Positions 55,881 through 64,000 of a stretch of DNA of 64,000 bases are shown in pieces. The DNA comes from Camelus ferus (taxonomy: Eukaryota): the NCBI RefSeq assembly GCF_009834535.1, contig NC_045696.1, positions 16,928,001 to 16,992,000 on the forward strand. Direction: 5' to 3'. A model generated the notes under the pieces. That model saw only the letters and a list, made by a program, of their open reading frames with translations. It was not told where the DNA came from and did not search any database. Position numbers and translations under genes: made by a program. Numbering within the stretch: the stretch's first letter is position 1; each line of letters opens with the position of its first letter.

Positions 55881-56927
55881 CTTTTGTGAAAATAATATTA
55901 AATGTTATAGAAATTAAATTTTCTTTAATATTTTCTAATTTTCTACAGTAAAATATTTTTTAACTTTAAAAATGCAGATATATCACTGACATAACTTTGA
56001 TATTTTATTACCAGTTCCTGTGCTTCTTTTTTTATCCTTGACTTAACTATGAGAGATAAGATCTGAGTTATAATTTAAAAATTAGATGTATCATGTGAAA
56101 CATTACAAGTAAAAAATAAAAAGAAACAATATAAAACTTCACATTAAACAAATTCCAGTATACATATTTTCTGAAGAAGGAGCCTTTTGAAAGATCATGG
56201 CGTAAGATAACTTCAGTGACAGAAATCGGAGTTAGAATGTAGAAATTATTTCCCTAGCTTTTCTACCTAGAAAGTGGTGAAAAGCAAATTAGGCTCATCT
56301 AAATCAAAATTTACAAGATAAGTGATATATTTAGCTTCATTTTTTTCTCATATCATTTAAACAAAGTAGTCAATTAAGTGACATATTAAAAACACATGAA
56401 TCAAAGAATGGCATAAAATAGTAATTAGAAAATAATTAGTTAATAAAGTGAAATGGCAATAGAGAAGTCATCAAATGACAGTAACAGAGCCAGTGCATTA
56501 ATGAGAAGTGACATTGAAGGATAGAAATGCCAAATATAACAGCAACTATGACTGAGGGCATATTGGGAAGACTGATAGAGATGAAAACACCTCCAGAGTG
56601 CAAAGAGTGTTCCAGTGCTGATTTAATATAGTTAGAGAAGAAAAATAAATATCTTTAAAATTATATTACTCTAGAGATTATCTCCAAGTAAATCATCTCA
56701 TATTTAGCAAGTGATTATTTGAGCTTCTTATCTCAACTTCAGTTATCTTTTGTTTAAAAATGATCATGATTTTGTTTTCTAAATAGAAATACTTCAGATG
56801 CACATACACCACACACCAGGAGCTCCATTTGCCTCTCCACAGCTTAAAGCAAGGGAGAAATCTAGTATGTTGTTAAGTTAAGGTCACAACGACAGGACAA
56901 GACTGAAATAAATAGCTAATACGTTTC

Positions 56928-56956
56928 CTGTATTCATCAGACACAGAATCATAGGA

Positions 56957-57002
<46 letters not shown>

Positions 57003-57368
57003 GAAGTTTATTTTGAGAACTCATCTTTGTTTACACAATTGTGGAATGTGGCTAGGGAAGTCTGAAATCCATGGTGCAGCTTGGCAGGCTGTAAACGCTC
57101 AGACAGGAGCTAAAGCTGCCATCCACAAATGGATGCCTTCTTCCTCAGGGAAAAGTCAGTTTGCTTTTAAGTCTTTTTGTTTGATTATATAAAACCCACT
57201 CAAAGTATGGAAGGTAATCTCCTGTACTGGAAGTCAACTGGCTGTAGACACTAATCATATCTACAAAATACCTTCACAGCAGCACTTAGATTAGCAATAA
57301 TTACAATAGTGTTTGATTGAATAATTGGGTGGTACAGCCCTAGCCAAGTGGACACATAATAATCACAA
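56928..57368 (-). mobile_element. ERVL LTR (MLT2-like) with (TG)19 at 56961-56998
   Basis: gggaagtctgaaatccatgg..ttcttcctcagggaaa..cagtttgcttttaag..atctacaaaataccttcacagc..gccctagccaagtggacacataa. Confidence 0.82.
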
Positions 57369-57519
57369 TTCCCAGCTACTCCTCTGTTTTCAGAAGCATC
57401 TCTTCTTAAGAGAGATAGGTTTTCAAAAGTAAACCTTTTCGGAAATCATTGTCTAAGTCTTAGCAATTAGCGCCTCCTCTAAGAATAGACCTTGTGCAAA
57501 CATAAACATGAAAAGAAAT

Positions 57520-59035
57520 AGAGTAAATGAAGAGGGCAAAGCTGGAAGACTGATGCTATTCAACTTCTAGACTAGTGTGGTATTGGCAAAAGAATATACA
57601 AATACTTATAGAAACACCTCAATGGAACTGAATAGAGAGCCCAGAAATAGACTTCTATAAATACAGTTAACTGATCTTTGACAAAAGAGCAAAGGCAATA
57701 GAATAGTGAGAATTTTTGGTAATCAAATGAATATGTTAATTTACTAAGATTTAGATTTTTGGTCTTATATTTAAAAATGCATAATTTTATTTACAGTGAA
57801 TAATGTTAACAATAAAATATCCCTGCTTACATTTTGTAATTTTTGTAAAATTATATGTTGTAAAAAGACAAAGATTGTCTTTAATAAACAGTGTTGGAAC
57901 AACTGGACAAACACATGCAAAAATGAATTTAGACACAGACATTACATGCTTCACAAAAATGAACTCAAAATGGACTATAGATATAAATGTAAAATGCAAA
58001 ACAATAAAACCCCTAGAAGATAACATAGGAGAAATTATAGATGACCTTGAAGATGACAATGATTTTTTTAGATGCAACATCAAAGACATGATCCATGAAA
58101 GAAATAATTGATAAGTTGGATTTTATTAAAATTAAAACTTCTGCAAAAGGCACTGTCAAGATAATTAGAAGACAAATCATAGACTGGAAGAAAATATTTG
58201 CAAAAACATGCCTGATAAAGGACTGTTATTCAAAATAAGCAAAAAACTCTTAAAACTCAAAAATAAGAAAAAACAATCTGATTAAAAGCAACCTGATTAA
58301 AAAAATGAACCAAAGACTTTAACAGACAGCTTACTAGAAAAGATAAACAGATGGCAAACAAGCATATGAAAAGATGCTTCAATCATACGTTCTCAGAGAA
58401 ATGAAAATTAAAACGACCATGAGATACTATTGCATATCTGCTAGGAAGGCCCAAATTTGGAATATTGACAATACCAAATGCTGGAGAGGATATGAAGAAT
58501 AGAAACTCATGCATTGCTGGTGGGAATGCAGAATGGTACGGTACTTTAAAGATTGTTTGCTGTTTCCTCATTGAACTAAACATACTCTTGTCATACAATC
58601 CAGCAATCATATTCCTTGGTATTTACACAAGGAGTTAAAAACTTACTTTCTCACAAAAACGTGTGCACACCATTTTGACTTTATTTGTAATTGCCAAAAC
58701 TTGGAACCAACTAAGATGTCCTTCAGTAGGTGAATGGATGAACACACTTGTGGAACATCCAAACAATGGAATATTATTCTTTGCTAAAAAAGGATGAACT
58801 ACAAGCAGTGAAAAGACATGGAGGAAACTTAAATGTATATTATGGAGTGAAAGAAACCCATCTGAAATGGCTATCTATATGATTCCAACCATATGTCATT
58901 CTAGGAAAAGAAAAAACAAATTATGGACATAATAAAAAGTTCATTGATTGCCAAAAGTAGTGTTGCAGGTAGAGAGGAGAGATGAATAGGCAGGACATAT
59001 AGGATATTTAAGGCAGCGAACATACTCTGTATGAT
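57520..59035 (+). mobile_element. L1MB/MC ORF2 C-terminus plus 3'UTR
   Basis: aatagagagcccagaaataga..aactgatctttgacaaa; KMNSKWTIDINVKCKTIKPLEDNIGE ORF2 peptide. Confidence 0.88.
57714..57846 (+). repeat. 133-bp direct repeat, inserted copy inside L1
   Basis: Copy of 55748-55880 that interrupts L1 ORF2 text. Confidence 0.95.
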
Positions 59036-61089
59036 GTGTAAGATTGTTTCAAATAGTTATGTTTTCATGAAGAAATATTTATCTGGTAGCACCCCCTCAG
59101 GTTCTACAAAGTGCATGGATGCATCTAAATCTTAATAACGTGTTTTTTAGTTAATGATTATATAGGAACATTTTTATAGTGTCTAAGGACATGAAAATCT
59201 CTGGTGGGTGAAGCCTGTAAGCTCTGTTCAAATACAGTTAGAAGATTGGCAGAACCATATTTGTGTGGTTTGGACAGCTCCCTAAAAGTCAACCAAGGTG
59301 TTCTGCTGCCTTTGAGCAGATGTAGCTGGGTCACCAAAGCTGAGGGGTCACAACTGAATTTTTGGTGATTAGGAAGAAATGTTTTAAACATTTTATACTT
59401 TGGTATGATAGTTTGTAACTTCTATAAAATTGTGGTTTGGTATTTTGGCTATATTTTTAAAAATTGCTGTGAGTTGACCTGTAAATTAATTGTAATTATT
59501 TTCTTTTAAAATAATAGAAGTTAGTCTCCCTTTTATATTCTCATGTCAAATGCCCATTTTCAGAAATGAATTATTCACATTAAATGGAATATATATTATA
59601 TAAAATAATAAATTTATATTTTATTAGCAACAATGTATTAATTATTAATCATTAATCAACCATGGATCTAAGTATATATATATTTAAATAAATATGATAG
59701 GAGATTTATACTTATGTAAATATACATATATTTGAATTCCTAATTGCTTTGGGAGTTTAGACAGATACAATAAGCTATTTGTTAATACCTGAGGTAAAGT
59801 GTTGATAATAGTTACGTATAAAAAGGCTTCTGAGGAAATTAAAATTCGAAAGAAAGAATATTATCTATGTATCTGTATTTTCTTGCAATTTTTTATAACA
59901 CTGAAAATAGTAACCACAGTGGATACATTATGGACTTTTGCTACGTTTGTCTTTTGATATCTTGTTACCATTATGTTTTAGATCAATAAATACTATTATT
60001 TAAATATATTTCTACAGGATTGTACATTGGTATAAATCAATGAAAGTTAGTAAAACATATATAATTGAGAATAAAGGTAAAAGTCAGGTAGGTCACAGAA
60101 TAAGCCAACTCAGTCTTTGGTCTGCAGTCTGTGTTCTAAGAGGTCTTGCAATGTCCTCGTTGCCCCGCACTCCGCCCAGGTGGCAGCCCGCCTGGAGGAT
60201 GTACTCTCATGTATTAAACAGCACTGGTTATCATCCCTTTCACAATGCCCTTGGGTACTTCTTGGCTGAGAAAATTGTGCGGGTAATGAGGGTTTTTCAC
60301 TTCTGGAGAAGCTAAATTTTTAATGGTGCTTATGTTACCTTCTACTCAGGTCTGTTAAAAAATATTATTTTCTGCCTAATAACACAGCTAACGCTGTGGT
60401 GATTCCTCATTCCTAGATGGTTCTCACACTCTGCTTCACGAGCAGAGCGATCTCCCTCGGTAGCTCTGTCAGATACTGCCCTTCTCTAATTTAATTAAAA
60501 ACAAATAAAAAGAAGGGGAAAGAAAGACAAAGAAACTTTGAAGTGAAGACAGTCAGCATCTTTTTGTTTTCCACACAGATCAGCTTTGGCGCACCCCAGC
60601 TAGGTGCTCAAAATACCAAAATATTCACCCCTCATGTCCAGAGTGTCACCCTTGACACCCAGCATACGCTACAAAGAGGTGATGTGAGGGAAAAACTGAA
60701 CGAGATTGATGTGTCCAAATTCTCCACAGCATGACTCACTGGTAGCGTGGGAATGGTTTTATTGTCAATTACACAAGCTGCGTGTTGAGGGGATGGACTC
60801 TCAGGACAAATAAAGTGGCTCACTTCCTTCCCCTTCCCTCCTTTGGAGACTAACTGTAAATATATTCAGGGCTCATTATTCACTTGAAAATTATTGGGAG
60901 CATTTATGATATTCAGAATGCGTAAAGCATAGCTGTGAGCAAAAACTGACAGTGACCATTGGCAAGATTCTTCTAAAATATTTTGAATACTTCTTAATAG
61001 TTATATGGACACATACGTTACAGGTCTTGTGGTAAAGAAGGTTATAAACTCTCATGGATTAATTAGTACCATTGTTGTTTGAAGCATCT

Positions 61090-62000
61090 GAAATGTGAAT
61101 GAGAAATTCCAAAAAGATGTGTTAAATTTCACGCAGAACCTTCATCAGTGGCCAGATGTTCCACCTATAGCCCTTATAAGATGGCAGCTGCAGAAAAATA
61201 AGAGCTTTGGATTCTCCTTAATGCATATAAAGTGCTACTGGATGGGCTGAAATACTCTTGTAGATCAGATTTCCCCGAATTATGTGGAGACACTTGTAAA
61301 GGACCCATCTCGGAGTGGCCAGTCAGAGCCCAAGGCTTCTTAGAGAACCTAACCACTCACTTCAGGCCTGGAGGCCTTGTCTGGCCATCTCTGTGCCATA
61401 TAAACATTGTCACTTTCTCTGTGTGTAGTGACATGAAATGATCTGCTAAGCACAGCCACTGTTTTTTCCAAAGTATCAGAGTGAGTCAACAGAATTCCAT
61501 TCACAGGTTGGCTTGGACCAACCATGTCAAGGTGAACGTCTGGTAGTTGGGTTTTCAACAAAGACCTTCAGCTAAAAGCATTACCAGAACTTCATTGGAA
61601 AAGCCTATGGTTTGCTGTCTAATAATAGGTTGTCCAGTGCCAAGATCTACCATCTTGGATTTATCTCCCCAAATATCAGAAAATGTTGGCTGCACCCATT
61701 AACTCACTTTGTAGAATTAATTTCTTTTTCTCCTTAGAAACAGGACCAGCAACCCAGTATCTCACTTGAATTTCACTATGGTGGTGATCTGATAAAAAGA
61801 TTGTGGTAGCAGCTGGTATATCCTCAAATTTAATCTCTTCCTGCTGATCAGTAAAATTAAACTCTACGTTGCAGTCATTCCCCGTTCTCCAATCATATTC
61901 TAAATGAGTTCTCTTCTGTACAGTGTTGTTAGCAGTCTTCAACATCATCCCTGCCTGTTTGCCACTAGGAAGCTGTAATTTCTTTTCTTTCTCACTTCCC
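61090..62000 (-). pseudogene. Endogenous bornavirus-like nucleoprotein element (EBLN), near full-length, frameshifted
   Basis: Manual minus-strand translation gives blocks collinear with recalled BoDV-1 N. LQLPSGK~LPKLPGK. DQQEEIKF..IFLS (61849-61790)~DQSRRDMF..VFLC. VAGPVSKE~VHGGVPRE. GDKSKMVDLGTGQPIIRQQTI (61668-61606)~[32 protein letters not shown] (61561-61526)~LLQMFNPHEAID. SRSFHVTTH (to 61421)~ASYAQMTTY. PEV~PVV. LYKCLHIIR (61301-61275)~LFPFLGAIR. STRVF/VALY/KENP (61264-61208)~APRSF/AAFY/KENP. FSAAAIL*GL*V~YRASTIQPGASV. REI (61133-61125)~REI. LFGIS~MIGVT. No introns; several frameshifts and stops. Confidence 0.85.
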
Positions 62001-64000
62001 TCCTACGACCCACATATTAAGTATCGATTTTATTTACCTCATTCACTAGTCAGAGCACAAAACTGACTATCTCATTGTGAAAGTCTCCCTACTTGAAACA
62101 AGGTAGGGACTGAGCAAGATGGTTAAGCCTCTCTCCTCCAGTGAAGAAAACCACCTAATTATCACTGTCAACAGTCATGCCAAGAAGAGAGTGTCTTGGG
62201 CATACTGGTTGCTGCACTGTTTGAGCTGAAATTTGTTCTGGACTACTGGTTCAGAATTCATAATAAGTACAAATGCCTCACTGAAATTCATAGACATTGC
62301 CTAGTTACTATTACTGTACTATTGCCTAAAAAAGAATGAAGATATAATGTTAATTCATTATTTCTGTTATTAACGCATAAATAAAAATGAAATATCTCTA
62401 AATGTTAAATTTGCTCTTATTATCCATGGTACTGAGGGGGAAATCCAGCTTTAGTTTGCAAAAAGTAATTTTCTACTTTGCACTAGTCAGTTAAAACTGC
62501 CTTCCTTTTAGCAGTCTTGTCTATGGAATATTTTACTATGCCAAGATTTTACTGTGTTTCTGGAAATCCAGATTTATTAATGAAACTGAAGCTGTGCTAA
62601 AAATTCAACTCTTGCAGGGCATAATGATATTGCACATCGTATGTAAATTATAATGTTTCAAAAACTTTTGTTTATCATTTGTAGAGCCTGGTTTTATCCA
62701 TGGTTTCCAGGCAATTTATCCAAGCCTTAGATTGTGGATTATGGCATCCTAGGCATGAATTATCTCCCGGCCTTCCTTGGGAGACAGAAAGATCCACACA
62801 TTCACGATACAAAGAACCACAGTGGTCCCACCATATGGGATTTTTGGCTCTGTTGGAGACACCAAGTTCCTAGTTAACATTTTAGGATAAATCAGTAACA
62901 ATAGGGCAAGTTAATGCTAAGGTCACTGGGCTGGTGACTTTGGAACAACTATTTTACACAATTGCACAAATGGATTTTATTTTAACCAGTAAAAGAAATA
63001 TGTTAACTAATTAGCAATAATTTATCATGTGCATGCATGTCAAATAGGATCTTATTCATAGTTTTCAAGTCCAATACCCTCCAGAACATCTCCAAATTAT
63101 ACCAGACTGAGGCTGAGCCATATTTTCATGGCCTGCTGCCTTTATTTAAAATAATTAAGGTAAAAAAAATACTTTAATGACACTGGGAATGATAGCATTT
63201 GTCTTTAGTGAATGCTTAGAAAATGTTGCATATTCTGTAGCCATAAAAGGGTGTGTGACAAATATTCTCACCTGGATACTAAGCAAGCAGTGCCCCGTAT
63301 GAATTTAGACAGAACATGAAATCTGGAGAACAAGAGATACATATTTTATCTGTTAATAAATTATTAATAAATTTATGAGAATCTGCATGTGGTGCAATAA
63401 AAAGGGCTTTGTTCTATATTGTTTCTTGAAATAATTTTCTCTGTGCTTTTCTTTTCCAATATTGTAAGCTTAAACTTCTTAGGCCTGTTTTAATTCTGAT
63501 AGCAAATGCTGGAATTCCAGTGCTTAGAAACTTGAGAATTCTCCCCATGAAAAGAAGCTCAGAAAAATATTAAGGGGAAAGTATGCAAGTTCCTACATCA
63601 ATACATCTTCAGGAACACTTGATAATCTCAATTTTTGGAGGCCTGTTCTTGTTTTAATTTATACTTCGCTGAGTATTAGTCTCACCAGAGGTGGAAACTG
63701 CTAATGTGCAACAGAAGAAAAATATAGAATGTGGAACTGATTGCCATTTAGAAATTATTCTAAAAGCATATTACTAGGCAGAGTAAAATAATTTATCTCC
63801 TAGGTAATAATGAATATCACGTGTGTGTCTAATTTTATTATGTGAAAGGCAGTATTAGAAGGATTTGTTTATTTGGTTTGCTGTTTAAGGTCTGATGCAT
63901 CTATTCCCTCAGAAAGAAATTTAAAACTTCACGGTGATATTGAACAATTCTTATACAGATCTGCATTAATATAACTTCCTTATAAAATTACTTATTAAGG

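Noticed and set aside
8774..58610. Many 60-150 aa ORFs (e.g. 8774-9043, 9189-9404, 25313-25910, 53888-54375, 57787-58610)
   Set aside because: They are sense or antisense fragments of L1 ORF2/3'UTR, not genes
61500..61545. HLDMVGP resembling the Gypsy integrase H.D.VGP motif
   Set aside because: No downstream DDE-core residues; the same stretch fits the bornavirus N LL..P..ID-W..QP block
61600..61710. Resemblance to filovirus VP35 (ELMGAANI/SDIWGD..RQQTI) or NP N-terminus
   Set aside because: Spacing is inconsistent and there are no further collinear matches; bornavirus N explains the whole 900 bp in order
1..64000. Prokaryotic-type features (CRISPR array, operons, rRNA) or host coding exons
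   Set aside because: Mammalian repeat landscape; no regularly spaced repeats and no exon whose translation I recognise. Short exons could have been missed

Overview
AT-rich, CpG-depleted placental mammal genomic DNA, most likely camelid: a tRNA-derived Vic-1-type SINE with target-site duplications lies at 33230-33363. I could not recognise any host protein-coding exon. The window is mostly layered transposable elements (L1, L2, MIR, MLT1/MLT2, MER58), with a cluster of class-I ERV pieces at about 6-26 kb that includes two LTR-PBS(Ile)-gag starts and a fossil RT with YVDD. The main result is a decayed, nearly full-length endogenous bornavirus-like nucleoprotein element (EBLN) on the minus strand at about 61090-62000. 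About ten peptide blocks there match, in order, Borna disease virus N as I recall it, once frameshifts and stops are allowed. Other notable structures: a 202-bp 96%-identical inverted local copy fused to the 5' end of an L1, a 133-bp near-identical templated insertion inside another L1, and a twin-primed (5'-inverted) L1. All family names and protein matches come from recalled consensus sequences, not database searches, and the boundaries of old repeats are approximate.
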